Assembly (NCBI GenBank): GCA_947624655.1 | Contig: CANQLH010000002.1 | Location: forward strand, 4,321 to 68,320 | Length of the DNA stretch: 64,000 nucleotides | Reading direction: 5' to 3' | Source: an uncultured Clostridia bacterium | GTDB lineage: Bacteria > Bacillota > Clostridia > TANB77 > CAG-508 | In this document: piece after piece, positions 47,539-58,466 of the stretch | Layout: the number at the start of each line of letters is the position of its first letter | How positions within the stretch are numbered: the stretch's first letter is position 1 | The notes under the pieces: generated by a model | Told to the model about the DNA's origin: nothing | Seen by the model: the letters and a program-made list of their open reading frames with translations, nothing else | Databases searched by the model: none | Position numbers and translations under genes: made by a program

Positions 47539-50337
47539 TTGGAAAAATTCAGGGGGATTTATATTCCCGGCGTTGATGCTAAGGATATTCTCTTGGCTGA
47601 TGGGGTGTTTGGCGGTGAGGGGTTCAGGCTCAGAGACAAAAACGGCGGGTACAATGTAAAGCGATTTACGGCTGCTCTTGACGATTGTCTTGACTTGCGG
47701 GAGCTTAAAAGGATATATCGCAGGAAATTCAGGAATAATTATTTTTATTTTACTAAGAGCGGTTATAAATATTCTGTTAATGTTATAAATCTGACATTTA
47801 AATATTCTGTTAAGGAGTGGAATCAGTCTTACAGGAATGTTTATGTTAAGCTTGGCTATGACTGCAAAAACCTTGAGTTTTCAGACAATATTGCAAGAAA
47901 TGACAAGGGCGAGATTGTGGGAATTATTCTTGACAGACCTGTTAAGAGCGTTGCTGATGATTTGCCTGAATATTTTAAATCCGGCTGCCACAAAGAAGAA
48001 AATGTTTACATGAAATCCGGTGAGCCGAAAACCGTTATGTCAAGGGCACAGCTTCGCAAAAGGCTTTACAAGGAGGGCTTTTACTGCGATGGCGTGAAGT
48101 ATTGCAGAATGAAGCGGTCAAGCGGCTCGGCAAGGGTTGGAAAATGCCTTTTTGTAAATGAAAAATTGTATAAGCCCCTTATGAAATTCTGCTCAAAGGG
48201 AATAAATGTCAGAAACGGGCAGGAGATTGACCTTGCAGCCTATGAATCCTACATAGCCCTTACTTCAAGCAGCATTATAGGAACCCTGAAAATTAAGCCA
48301 GAAAACATACTTGTGATTGAGGATTATGAAAGCATTTTCAGAGAAGATGTTGTTGCAACTTCAAGTGAAAAGGGACGGCTTGTAACCACTGAGAAAAACT
48401 GTGAAATCAAAAATAACATTTGGGACGGACAATCCCTTATAGACAAATCTGCTATGGGCGAGTACGGCAAGTATGGAATGGTACTTTTGCGAAATCTTAT
48501 GTTTAAATCCTGCTGCTTTAATACAAACATACAGAAATGGTTCAGTGACAATGGCATAAGGGAAATTTCTCAGCTAAATGGCATAACAAAAGCAAAAAGA
48601 ATTGAGGATATAAAGCTTATAACCACGCCAAGCAGCATTAAATATCTGAAATTTGAAAGTCTTGATAAGTGGTTTGACAATATGTATGTAGATTTTGGAG
48701 TGGTTAAGCACGACAAAAAGGACAGAGCTTTCGAGGGAAAGCTTGTGCAGACCCATTATCAGCTTTTAAACACATTACAGCTTACAGAAACAGAAATTGA
48801 GGAGTTTTTACAGGAGTCCTTTGATTTTGCAAATCTATTGAGAAAGGAACCTGCCGTTGTAAGGTACTATATAAGATATCAATATGAAAATTCTTACAGA
48901 CCTATAAATAAAGCTATGGAAACAAAATTTGACGTTATTCATCATCTTATGGGAATAAATGACAGATTTGTGGAAACAAAATTTTATAAGGATTTTTTGG
49001 ATGACCTGCTGAAAGCCTATTACAAAAATATGAAAAACGGGCATATCTTCGTAAACGGAAATTATTCTACACTTCTGGGAAATCCTATAGAAATGCTTTT
49101 ACAGTCTATCGGTTGTTTTGACGGTAAAAGTCAGATAGGCGTTGGAAATATTTACAGTAAGAGGTTTGAATATGGCAAAATAATTTTAGGCTCTCGCTCC
49201 CCTCACGTTACAATGGGAAATATACTTCTCGTCAGGAATACTGAAAATGATATGATTGACAGATATTTAAATTTAACGGAGGAAATTGTCTGTATCAATT
49301 CTATAGGCGAAAACATACTTCAAAGACTCAGCGGTTCGGATTTCGACGCTGACAGTCTGCTTCTTACAGATAATGAAATTCTTATCAGAGCGGCAAAACG
49401 GAATTATAATATTTTCAAAACGCCTACCTCCTTTGTTACGGCAAGAAAAGTAAAGAGGTATTATACTGCTGACGAACAAGCCGACCTGGATATTAAAACC
49501 TCCGTAAACAAGATTGGGGAAATAGTAAATCTGTCGCAGGAATTAAATTCTCTTTTGTGGGATAGGATTTACAAGGGCGCAAACTATGAAGATGTAAAGG
49601 ATTTATATTATGATATCTGTCAGCTTGACGTTATGTCGGGAATTGAAATTGACAAAGCTAAAAAGGAGTTCAGCGTTGACAATGCGAAGGAGTTAAGGCT
49701 TTTAAGAGAAAAATATAAATCTGATTTTTCGGAGGATAATAAAAAACTAACGCCTAAATTCTTTTCTCATATCGCAAGGCAGAAAGGCTATTACAATCCG
49801 GAAAGGCGAAAATACGTAAAATATAATACGGCTATGGATTATATTTTCAGCAAGGTTTTGTCTTATCGGACAAGCTGTAAAGGCAGACTTGATAAGAAAT
49901 ATTTGCCCTTTGGGGTTATGCTTGACAAAAGAAAGTATGATAAGCGTAATGTCAATAAAAGACAAATCAATTATATAACAGAGTTAATAAAAAATTATAA
50001 TAATGAGTGTGCTTCTGTAAATTTGTCTGATTTGAGCTATTCTGAAAAAATACATAAGCTTAACCATATTTTTTTCGAGGTTGCTTATAAAATTAATCAT
50101 ACAACCATTGGCTATTCAACTATGTATGAGCTTTTGGAGTATGAAGAAAAGGAGGAACGCCGGAACATAAATAAGATTTTGCTAAGTATTTTATTTTTAT
50201 TTGAAAGTAAAAATTTTGATGCTATTTTGACTGAATCAAAAGAAAAGCTAAATAGGATTCACATACTGACAGATGATGAAAGTTTTGACAAAAAAGATAT
50301 CATAGATATGTTTGGACTAAAGGCTGAAATAGTATAA
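47539..50337 (+). CDS. YonO-like single-subunit RNA polymerase
   Basis: KRSSGSARVGKCLF, IWDGQSL, RSPH, LSGSDFDADS (DxDxD), IGEIVNLSQ, IEIDKAKK; precedes HU and packaging genes as yonO does in SPbeta. Confidence 0.88.
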   Translation: MEKFRGIYIPGVDAKDILLADGVFGGEGFRLRDKNGGYNVKRFTAALDDCLDLRELKRIYRRKFRNNYFYFTKSGYKYSVNVINLTFKYSVKEWNQSYRNVYVKLGYDCKNLEFSDNIARNDKGEIVGIILDRPVKSVADDLPEYFKSGCHKEENVYMKSGEPKTVMSRAQLRKRLYKEGFYCDGVKYCRMKRSSGSARVGKCLFVNEKLYKPLMKFCSKGINVRNGQEIDLAAYESYIALTSSSIIGTLKIKPENILVIEDYESIFREDVVATSSEKGRLVTTEKNCEIKNNIWDGQSLIDKSAMGEYGKYGMVLLRNLMFKSCCFNTNIQKWFSDNGIREISQLNGITKAKRIEDIKLITTPSSIKYLKFESLDKWFDNMYVDFGVVKHDKKDRAFEGKLVQTHYQLLNTLQLTETEIEEFLQESFDFANLLRKEPAVVRYYIRYQYENSYRPINKAMETKFDVIHHLMGINDRFVETKFYKDFLDDLLKAYYKNMKNGHIFVNGNYSTLLGNPIEMLLQSIGCFDGKSQIGVGNIYSKRFEYGKIILGSRSPHVTMGNILLVRNTENDMIDRYLNLTEEIVCINSIGENILQRLSGSDFDADSLLLTDNEILIRAAKRNYNIFKTPTSFVTARKVKRYYTADEQADLDIKTSVNKIGEIVNLSQELNSLLWDRIYKGANYEDVKDLYYDICQLDVMSGIEIDKAKKEFSVDNAKELRLLREKYKSDFSEDNKKLTPKFFSHIARQKGYYNPERRKYVKYNTAMDYIFSKVLSYRTSCKGRLDKKYLPFGVMLDKRKYDKRNVNKRQINYITELIKNYNNECASVNLSDLSYSEKIHKLNHIFFEVAYKINHTTIGYSTMYELLEYEEKEERRNINKILLSILFLFESKNFDAILTESKEKLNRIHILTDDESFDKKDIIDMFGLKAEIV

Positions 50338-50479
50338 AATTTTTTCAAAAATATACAATTTTAGGGGGTGATTCACGGATTTATGCTTGATTTTGACCGA
50401 AAAATCAGTACCTTTTAAAATGTAATTGGGGAGAGAAGAAAAAATTAGTGTTTACAAAGGAGCTTAAGGAGGACAAAAT

Positions 50480-50758
50480 ATGGCAAACAAGAAAACCGAA
50501 CTTGTAGAAATGATTGCGGCAAAATGCGGAATCACAAAGAAATTGGCAAAAAATTATGTTGACGGTGTTATTACAGGAATAAAAGAAATTATTTTAAGCG
50601 GTGAAAGTCTGCATATTTCCGGATTTGCAAATTTTGATGTTATTGATATTCCTGAAAGGAAAAAAGTGAACGGATTTACAGGAAAGGAAATGGTTGTGCC
50701 GGCTCACAAGGCTGTGAAAGTAAAAATATCAAAAGATATAAAAGATGCCTTGAAATAA
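50480..50758 (+). CDS. hup: HU-like DNA-binding protein
   Basis: KTELVEMIA..ISGFANF..ERKKVNGFTGKEMVVPA. Confidence 0.92.
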   Translation: MANKKTELVEMIAAKCGITKKLAKNYVDGVITGIKEIILSGESLHISGFANFDVIDIPERKKVNGFTGKEMVVPAHKAVKVKISKDIKDALK

Positions 50759-50775
50759 ATTGGGGGGGAATATAT

Positions 50776-51009
50776 ATGGACAAGGATATAGGCATTATGA
50801 CTGCAATTGTGGAAAAGGAAACTGGCTGTATAAATGTTTGTGATTTTCAGGAAGGAACAGTTTACGGCAACAATTATAATATTCAAAAAAATGGCAAATA
50901 CATAAGTATTTCAATATATGCCGATGATAAAGCTGTTTTAAACAAAATTGATAGAGTTATCAAAGAAAATATAATTGATAAATCAGTGCTTGAAAACTGT
51001 ATAGGTTAA
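50776..51009 (+). CDS. Hypothetical protein
   Basis: Fills operon gap. Confidence 0.55.
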   Translation: MDKDIGIMTAIVEKETGCINVCDFQEGTVYGNNYNIQKNGKYISISIYADDKAVLNKIDRVIKENIIDKSVLENCIG

Positions 51010-51024
51010 TATGAAGGGAGGACA

Positions 51025-52158
51025 GTGTTTATGGTAAGAAAAAATGCTGTTGAAAAAAAGGTTTGTCTGGCCTGTCCTCCTTCTCGAAATAAACGACCCT
51101 TGCGTGAGTTTTACAAGAGCAATTCCCCTATGCACAGTGATGGTTTTGTGCCATGGTGTAAAAATTGTATTGTTAAAAACAGTCTTGATGAAAATGGCAA
51201 TATTGATGTTAAAAAATTCAAAAATGTTTTAAGACAGATTGATAAGCCCTTTTATATGGATTATCTTCGGGCTGCCGAAAATGAATGTAAAAAAAGGCTC
51301 GGTGAAAGCGGCAAGGAAATAAAGAACTATGGTGAAAAAATAATAAAGCGATATATGAAAAACGTACAGTCCTTGCGACAGGTTAATGACAAAACTTATT
51401 CCGATTCCGAAGAAAGTGGTTTTTCTTTAAATCCCAAGCTTGCAATTACAGAAGAGCAGTTTATAAAGGAGCTTACCAATAAAGCAAAAGATAAAAAAAA
51501 GAGAAAATGGAGCAAGTCAGATACTCAGAATAAAAAATATGTTATATCGGTTTTAGGATATGACCCTTTTGAAGATGTGTATTTGTCAGAGGAAGACAGA
51601 AGGTATGGCTTTAATATTCTTGCAGGCTATTGTGACACTGAGGGAATTAGGGAAGACGGCCACAAAATACAGGGAGTCATTGAAATAAGTATACTGTATA
51701 TTCAGTGCCGAAAAATTACAGAATCCATAAATAAGGAGCTATCTCATAACATATTGAACGGTACGGAAATTTCCAAGCTTGTTTCGTCTAAAACATCTCT
51801 TTTGTCTGCCATAGCCACCATAGCCAAAGATAACAACATCGCTTCAAATTATAATAAAAATTCCAAGCAGGGCAAGGACAGTCTGACTTCTAAAATGAAA
51901 GAAATGGAAGAAAATGGATTCAGGGATATTCAGGTCAATTTGTTTGATATAAAGACAAGTGAGGCGTTTAAGCAGATTGATGAGATAAGTAATTCAAATA
52001 TTTCAAAGCAGCTATCTCTCGACAGCGGCGATTATAACGAAATTATAAAAGACCAGAGAGAACTTATAAAGAAGTATGAAGAAAAAACAGATTTTTTGGA
52101 AGAAGAAAACAGAAAACTGAAAAACAGACTGATTGAAATAATTGGAACTACAGAATAG
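51025..52158 (+). CDS. Zn-finger protein upstream of terminase (candidate small subunit)
   Basis: CLAC..FYKS..PWCKNC, GYDPF; position. Confidence 0.6.
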   Translation: MFMVRKNAVEKKVCLACPPSRNKRPLREFYKSNSPMHSDGFVPWCKNCIVKNSLDENGNIDVKKFKNVLRQIDKPFYMDYLRAAENECKKRLGESGKEIKNYGEKIIKRYMKNVQSLRQVNDKTYSDSEESGFSLNPKLAITEEQFIKELTNKAKDKKKRKWSKSDTQNKKYVISVLGYDPFEDVYLSEEDRRYGFNILAGYCDTEGIREDGHKIQGVIEISILYIQCRKITESINKELSHNILNGTEISKLVSSKTSLLSAIATIAKDNNIASNYNKNSKQGKDSLTSKMKEMEENGFRDIQVNLFDIKTSEAFKQIDEISNSNISKQLSLDSGDYNEIIKDQRELIKKYEEKTDFLEEENRKLKNRLIEIIGTTE

Positions 52159-52161
52159 GAG

Positions 52162-53997
52162 ATGAAAATTATAGAATATTATTCACCTCCCACAGAAAAG
52201 GAACTAAGTAGGAAAACTCTTGAAGAATATGAAAAAATGGCAAAAATAACAAATTGGGGCAGAAAAAATCCCGTAAAATTTGCCGAGATATTTTTTGGAA
52301 CGAAGCTTATTGATTATCAGGCTTACTGCTTTATGAAAACTTGGCCGGTAAGGTTTGCACTATGGGCTGAATGTCGTGGAGCGGGAAAAGACACCCTTGC
52401 AGGAGTTTATAATATGACAAGGCTTATGCTTATTCCAAACTATGCTGTTTATGTAAGCTCAAATACTTACAATCAGTCGGTGGATTCCTGCAACAAACTC
52501 AGAGATATTGCTCTGAAAAGAATACCGTCTTTCAAAAGCGCAACAGATATATTTGCAAGAGAAGTCGATAAGACAGGTACAAACAGTGAAACAGGCTTTT
52601 TACAGGCTCCTACATTCAGATTTCGTTTATATAATAATTCAAGAATGGAGGCTTTATCATCAAATCTGGAGGGTATAAGAGGAAAGCGAGGGGCCGTATG
52701 GTTTAATGAAACTGCATGGAAAACTGCCGAAGAAATAGCAGTTGTTGAAAATTTTATAAATGTTGATACAAACTTTTCAACAACAACAGAGAAAATAATA
52801 TTACATTACCCTAAACAAATGCCTTTGCAGATATTATATACTTCAAGCGTAGGTGATGTAACTTATCCATTTTTTGAAAAATACAAAACTTTTTATAAAA
52901 AAATGCTTGTTGGTGACAGTAATTATTTTTGTTTTGACCTGAACGCCTATGATATACTTGACCATTCAACAATTGACGGAAAACCTATAAAGTCTCATCT
53001 TTCAAGAGAGCAGATTGAAAAAGCTATTGAGGAAGACCCTGATGCCGCTGATATGGAGCTTTTCAACAAATTCAGAAGTGGCGGCGGACAGAACGCCGTT
53101 GCTTCAATGGATGATTTAATAAGAAATTCCGTTACTCGAAAACCTATTTTGTATAATGATACCGGAAAGAGAAAATTTATATTCTGCTATGACCCTGCAA
53201 GGAATTTTCACGGAAGTATACTTACAATATTTGAGGTTGTAAATGATGAGAAGGTTGGGTTTAAGCTAAGACTTGCAAATGTTGTTTCAATGGTAGATGT
53301 AAAATCCAAAAACAAGACTCCTTTGCCTATGCCCCAACAGCTTGAAATTATAAAAGAGCTAATGATAAGGTATAACGGCGAAAGGGCAGCAGAATGGGAG
53401 AATATCGAGTTTTACATAGATGCCGGAGCAGGAGGCGGCGGAATAAGCGCTGTTGCAGACCAGCTCATGAAGGACTGGGAAGATAATTTCGGAGGCAAAC
53501 ATAGGGGAATTATAGACCCTAATCACAAACAGTATGAAACTGCACGAAAGAAATATACAAATGCAGCACCTATAGTCCATCTTATTGACCCGCAAGGCTA
53601 TAAGAAGATTATGTTTGATGCAGCAGAAAAAATGATAAAGCTGAATCTTATTGAATTTACAAATTATGATAATAAAGATTATATTGTGGTTCAGAAAGAG
53701 GATGGAAGCTTTGAGGTTGAAAAGCTGACCATTGAAGAAGAAATTGCTCTTGCAAATATGCACCTTGCCAAAATGCAGATGTCTTATATGTGTCGTTATG
53801 ATACGGCGGGAGGCGGCGTTTCTTATGAGCTTGCCAAGGATAAAAAAAGCAAGAACGATGATATGGCATATACAATAGCTGAAGGGGCTTATGCCCTTGC
53901 TCTTATGCGACGAAAGGATTTAATTACAGAAAAGAAAAAGGAAATTGATTATAAAAATATTCCCACATTCGTAAATGCTTTAAGTTTTGATATATAA
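52162..53997 (+). CDS. Terminase large subunit
   Basis: CRGAGKD Walker A, IRGKRG..FNE, YTSS, YDPAR nuclease motif, KNDDMAY. Confidence 0.88.
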   Translation: MKIIEYYSPPTEKELSRKTLEEYEKMAKITNWGRKNPVKFAEIFFGTKLIDYQAYCFMKTWPVRFALWAECRGAGKDTLAGVYNMTRLMLIPNYAVYVSSNTYNQSVDSCNKLRDIALKRIPSFKSATDIFAREVDKTGTNSETGFLQAPTFRFRLYNNSRMEALSSNLEGIRGKRGAVWFNETAWKTAEEIAVVENFINVDTNFSTTTEKIILHYPKQMPLQILYTSSVGDVTYPFFEKYKTFYKKMLVGDSNYFCFDLNAYDILDHSTIDGKPIKSHLSREQIEKAIEEDPDAADMELFNKFRSGGGQNAVASMDDLIRNSVTRKPILYNDTGKRKFIFCYDPARNFHGSILTIFEVVNDEKVGFKLRLANVVSMVDVKSKNKTPLPMPQQLEIIKELMIRYNGERAAEWENIEFYIDAGAGGGGISAVADQLMKDWEDNFGGKHRGIIDPNHKQYETARKKYTNAAPIVHLIDPQGYKKIMFDAAEKMIKLNLIEFTNYDNKDYIVVQKEDGSFEVEKLTIEEEIALANMHLAKMQMSYMCRYDTAGGGVSYELAKDKKSKNDDMAYTIAEGAYALALMRRKDLITEKKKEIDYKNIPTFVNALSFDI

Positions 53998-54009
53998 AGG
54001 AGGGATTTT

Positions 54010-55599
54010 ATGAAAGAAGAAGATTTTGAAGTTTTTATAAAGTCCGACCTTGACAGTAATACTGAAATTATAACTTCCTATGATGATTTAAAGGGTGAAG
54101 AATTTGACTTTTCAAACAGAATTTATTCTGCTTATCTCAAAGACGGTTTTCCTGTTTTTGAAAGAATAACCCCTGAATATCTTGACAAACTTGCTGAAAA
54201 TGCTCAAAATAGTTTATCAAAGATTCTCACTATAAATGATATCATACGGTGTGAGATAAATAAGAATGATATCATTGGAAAAACTGTTGAGTGTATAGAC
54301 ACAAATATAAATACAAAAGTGAAACTGAGCTATAATGATGAAGGTGCTACGGGTAGAAATAATGCAATAAAGCTAAATAAGGCTAAAAATATGATTGACC
54401 TTTTTAACAGTCAGATTAATATCAAAGATATTATAAGGAAAGCTGTAATAACTGCTTATGCAGAAGGAAATTATATTATGTATCTCAGAAAAAAAGGAGA
54501 TGTTTTTAAGGTCGATTATTATCCCTTGGGAGTATGTGAAATTTCAGATTATGATATAAACGGCGAACCTATTGTTCTTTTTAATATAAATGAACTCAGA
54601 AATCGTCTTATAAAATTTACAAGATGTTTTACAAGTGACAAATCTTTATTTTTTGAAAATCTTGAAAAAGAAATAGAAGCAAATTATCCGCCGGAAGTGT
54701 TTATGGCTTATAAGAATAAGGAGAAATATGCTGTTCTTAATCCAAAATACACAGGAGTAATAAGAATTGGAGATTTAAACCGTAAATATGGCTTATCTCC
54801 TATATTTAAAGTTTTAAAGCTTGTTTTTATGCTTAATACATTTGATAATTCTGACAGAATAAACAGTAAAGCAAAAGCAAAAAAGATAATTCATCAGAAA
54901 ATGAGAAAAGAAGTAATGGGACCAAACTATGACAAAAGAGGCTTTGAAGAAATGAAATTTGCTCACGAAAATTTCATGGAAGCTTGGAAGTACCCTACTG
55001 TAGTTGTTACCACTCCGCCCACTGTAGAAAGCATAGCTTATGTAGAGCCTAAAATTGAGCTGACAAACACAGATACAGTAAACAGCTATCGTTCAAGAGC
55101 GTTAGCAGCATTGGGAGTAGGCTTTCTTATGGATTCGTCTTCACAATCTGTGTCTACGGCAAGCATATCGGTTACTCAACTTATGCGTACAATAAATAAA
55201 ATTTCGGAACAGCTTGAAGTAATATTTCACAAATGGTATGTGCAGATTTTTAAGGACAAGGGTATGAATACAAGCTTTTGTCCTGATATAAAGATAATTG
55301 ACAGTGAAGAGCTGGACTTTGAATTGAGAAAGGATTTTGCTACTGCTCTTTATACTATTTTCAATGGTTCCCTTGAAACATCTCTTGATATTCTGGGAAT
55401 AAACATAAATGACGAAACAGCCAAAAGACGCAGAGAAAACAGTAAAAATCTTGATTCGGAAGTATTTTACCCACGTCTTACAAGCTATACATCTTCAGGT
55501 AATAACATCAACACAAATGAAACAGGCCGCCCGTCTTCTGATGAAAAAACAAATAAAACAGAATATGACAAGGAGTATAACAAAACCGAAAGAAAGTGA
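54010..55599 (+). CDS. Portal protein
   Basis: Size and position after terminase; EGNYIMY, YGLSPI, GRP-type tail. Confidence 0.75.
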   Translation: MKEEDFEVFIKSDLDSNTEIITSYDDLKGEEFDFSNRIYSAYLKDGFPVFERITPEYLDKLAENAQNSLSKILTINDIIRCEINKNDIIGKTVECIDTNINTKVKLSYNDEGATGRNNAIKLNKAKNMIDLFNSQINIKDIIRKAVITAYAEGNYIMYLRKKGDVFKVDYYPLGVCEISDYDINGEPIVLFNINELRNRLIKFTRCFTSDKSLFFENLEKEIEANYPPEVFMAYKNKEKYAVLNPKYTGVIRIGDLNRKYGLSPIFKVLKLVFMLNTFDNSDRINSKAKAKKIIHQKMRKEVMGPNYDKRGFEEMKFAHENFMEAWKYPTVVVTTPPTVESIAYVEPKIELTNTDTVNSYRSRALAALGVGFLMDSSSQSVSTASISVTQLMRTINKISEQLEVIFHKWYVQIFKDKGMNTSFCPDIKIIDSEELDFELRKDFATALYTIFNGSLETSLDILGININDETAKRRRENSKNLDSEVFYPRLTSYTSSGNNINTNETGRPSSDEKTNKTEYDKEYNKTERK

Positions 55600-55610
55600 G
55601 GTGATTTGAT

Positions 55611-56921
55611 TTGAAAGACAAAAGTATATGTCTGACAGATACGGTTATAGAGGCAAGTGAGCATAAAAGCTATTTAGAGCTTATAAGCAGAGTGTGTTAT
55701 TATAATGATGTTAATTCAAATGATGTAATACTGCCTTATGACGAGGGCGCAGAAGAGAGGGCACAGACCCTTGTAAATATGCCGGTTCAGGCTAAATACA
55801 GAACAAATTCAAAGGGTGAGCCTACCTTTGGTTCTCACGAAAAAAGAAAATCTTTTGACGGTACTGTAACTTTCGGAACAAGCAGTATAGGAGTAAATAC
55901 GGAAGTTTACATAAAGGAAGAAAAAATTACTACCTATAAGGGAGAAGAAAAAATTTTGCCGTGTCTATATGCAAAATATAGAATATGGAAAAGATATAAA
56001 AATGTAATAGAAGCTGTTAAGCGACTTTTTTCTTTAGGAAAGCTTTATTGTTCGTGGGAGTTAAAGCCTTCTGTTTATGAATATAAAGATGGAATAACCA
56101 TATTTAAAGATTATGAATTTTTGGCAAATACACTTCTGGGCTATGAATATGCCAGCCCAAGTTATGGAAACTCGGCAAAGGCTCTTTCTATAGCCGAAGT
56201 TTTGTCAAAGGATATTATTAATGAAGGGGGAAAAGAAATGGATAAAATTGAAAACGCAGAAGCCCAGCTTACAAGTGAAGATTTATTCAGACTTTTGGAA
56301 AATGCAATAAATGAAAAAATCGGAACTTGTTATTATGTGGCGTTTTATTTTCCGGAGGAAAAGGAAATCTGGGTAAAGACAGAAAGTGACAAGAAATCTT
56401 TTGATTATACCAAGTTTACTTACAGTCTTGAAAATGAAAAAATTAATCTGTCGGAGCCTGAAAAAATCACACTTAAAGTATCTCCGAGAGATATAAATGT
56501 TTTTGCGGCAGAGCTTGAAGAAAAGATTGCCGGATTTGAAAAAATAATTTCCGAAAACAATGAAGCTCTTGCGGAGGCAAGCAAAGAAGCATCGGATTTA
56601 ATGGCTGAAATTGAAAGCTTGAAGCCTTATAAAAAAAGCTTTGAGGCAGCAGAAAAAGAAAAGCTTATAAATGATGTTATAATGTCAGGCCTTATAACAA
56701 GGGAGGAAATTGAACAGTCGGAGGAATTTACAAAACGCGCAGAAAGTCTTGACAGGGATTTCTTCAACAGCCTTATAGGTCAGCGTTATACTGCCGCCCT
56801 CGCCGAAAAAGCAGCAAAAAACAAGACTGAAAAGAAAAACATTGTCACGGCTCAGGCAAATTTGAACGGCAATAATAAAAGTGATGCCAAAAGTATCATG
56901 AGAGAATATTTTAAGTATTAA
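55611..56921 (+). CDS. Prohead protease/scaffold
   Basis: NSNDV..GSHE..IWKRY..SWE protease-like half; coiled-coil C-half with internal RBS and ATG at 56238. Confidence 0.7.
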   Translation: MKDKSICLTDTVIEASEHKSYLELISRVCYYNDVNSNDVILPYDEGAEERAQTLVNMPVQAKYRTNSKGEPTFGSHEKRKSFDGTVTFGTSSIGVNTEVYIKEEKITTYKGEEKILPCLYAKYRIWKRYKNVIEAVKRLFSLGKLYCSWELKPSVYEYKDGITIFKDYEFLANTLLGYEYASPSYGNSAKALSIAEVLSKDIINEGGKEMDKIENAEAQLTSEDLFRLLENAINEKIGTCYYVAFYFPEEKEIWVKTESDKKSFDYTKFTYSLENEKINLSEPEKITLKVSPRDINVFAAELEEKIAGFEKIISENNEALAEASKEASDLMAEIESLKPYKKSFEAAEKEKLINDVIMSGLITREEIEQSEEFTKRAESLDRDFFNSLIGQRYTAALAEKAAKNKTEKKNIVTAQANLNGNNKSDAKSIMREYFKY

Positions 56922-56936
56922 TAAAGGAGGATAAGA

Positions 56937-57404
56937 ATGTTAAGAGAATTACAGACACGTTTTGGAAAAAACATTGATTCAATGTATAAGGCGGGAGCGG
57001 CTATGAAAGTCGGAACCCCCGTTGTTAAGAAGTACGAAGATAAAACAGTCGAAGTAGCACCTGATAATACGGTATCAGGTTTTTTCTTTGTCAGAAAAGA
57101 AAGAATACCTACAGACGTAAATTGTAGCAGAGTTGATATGTCCGATTATGACGATGATTTTATTAATATTGCAGAGGGCGAAGGCGTTACTCTTATACCG
57201 CCTGTTTTTGGTGAGCGTTATGCCACAGATTTATTCGGAAGCGACGCAGAGTCCTTGAATATCGGTGACCCTCTTATGGTATCGTCAGGAAAATTCATAA
57301 AAGCGACAGTTGATTCAGCTCTTATTTTCGGCGGCAAATTTAATGATGCAGGACATAATCTTTATATTATTGAAATTGCCGGTTTAGCTAAGTCAGTTGA
57401 ATAA
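56937..57404 (+). CDS. Head decoration/cement protein (putative)
   Basis: Size and position between scaffold and capsid. Confidence 0.55.
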   Translation: MLRELQTRFGKNIDSMYKAGAAMKVGTPVVKKYEDKTVEVAPDNTVSGFFFVRKERIPTDVNCSRVDMSDYDDDFINIAEGEGVTLIPPVFGERYATDLFGSDAESLNIGDPLMVSSGKFIKATVDSALIFGGKFNDAGHNLYIIEIAGLAKSVE

Positions 57405-57422
57405 TGGAAAGGAGGAAAATAT

Positions 57423-58418
57423 ATGTTAAAGTTTGAAGTTGCTGAAGTTATGAAAGACAGTAATACTGTTTATGATATAGCGCAGAAGGTAGAATACAGA
57501 CAGCCTCTTACGTCAGAAGAAAAGGAAGTCGCGGAGGTCTGTGATGCGTGGGCGAAGGAAATAGGCGAAACAGGTCACGATAAAGACCATGAAATAGCTG
57601 CTTATCTCAGAAGAACAATACAGGACAAGGTTTATAATGCTCCTGATGAACTGCTTGACAGAATATTTGAAAGAGGCTCTGTGGGAGAATTTGACAGCTA
57701 TGAAGCCGTATCAACTCCCAAAAACACACTTGTTGCTTATGAAGCTGCAAAGGGAGGAAATGTAGATAAGAGCTGGATAGATTTAAGAGCTGTAAAGCCT
57801 ACATGGAAAAACAGACAGGTAGAGACAGACATTTCTTATGTAGACCTCAGAAAAAATGGTTTTAAGTCAATTGCAAATCTTACTACATTTGCAAACGAGG
57901 CTTTACATAACGCTATGTTCTATGATGTGTTCAGCACAATTGACGCAGCCATAACAGGCGGTGACCAGAAAATAGATGTAGCGGGAACTCTGCCTACTAT
58001 TACGGCTATGGACGCTTTGGAGCTTTATCTTACTGACAGAGAACCTTCTGAAAGCGTTGCTGTATGTCTCAGAAAGTACGCACAGGCAATAGGCAGAATG
58101 GAAGGCTTTTACAATTATATGTCAGGAAATATGAAGGACGATTTCAATAGATATGGTCTTGTGGAGGGCTACGGCAGAATGGCAATCGCATCAATTTCTT
58201 CCGCTCACAGACAGGGAAACGGTGATTTACTTATTCCTGATAAGAAGATTTTTGGAATTGCCGGAAGAATAGGCACTATGGATATGAAGGGGCAAATTCA
58301 TGTCTACGAAGATTTTGACAACAATAAAGAGGCTGTCAATATCAAAGTTGCTGATTTTACATACGGCTATGCTATTACTGACATTGAGAATGTTGCAAAA
58401 ATTGTGTTTACAGGCTGA
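57423..58418 (+). CDS. Major capsid protein
   Basis: 331 aa after scaffold and decoration genes; strong RBS; followed by a stable hairpin. Confidence 0.75.
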   Translation: MLKFEVAEVMKDSNTVYDIAQKVEYRQPLTSEEKEVAEVCDAWAKEIGETGHDKDHEIAAYLRRTIQDKVYNAPDELLDRIFERGSVGEFDSYEAVSTPKNTLVAYEAAKGGNVDKSWIDLRAVKPTWKNRQVETDISYVDLRKNGFKSIANLTTFANEALHNAMFYDVFSTIDAAITGGDQKIDVAGTLPTITAMDALELYLTDREPSESVAVCLRKYAQAIGRMEGFYNYMSGNMKDDFNRYGLVEGYGRMAIASISSAHRQGNGDLLIPDKKIFGIAGRIGTMDMKGQIHVYEDFDNNKEAVNIKVADFTYGYAITDIENVAKIVFTG

Positions 58419-58424
58419 CAAAAG

Positions 58425-58451
58425 AATGGGCGGTGAATACGCCGCCCATTT
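58425..58451 (+). terminator. Hairpin after capsid gene
   Basis: AATGGGCGG(T)G / CGCCGCCCATT; short U tract. Confidence 0.6.
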
Positions 58452-58466
58452 CATTGAACAGGAAAG

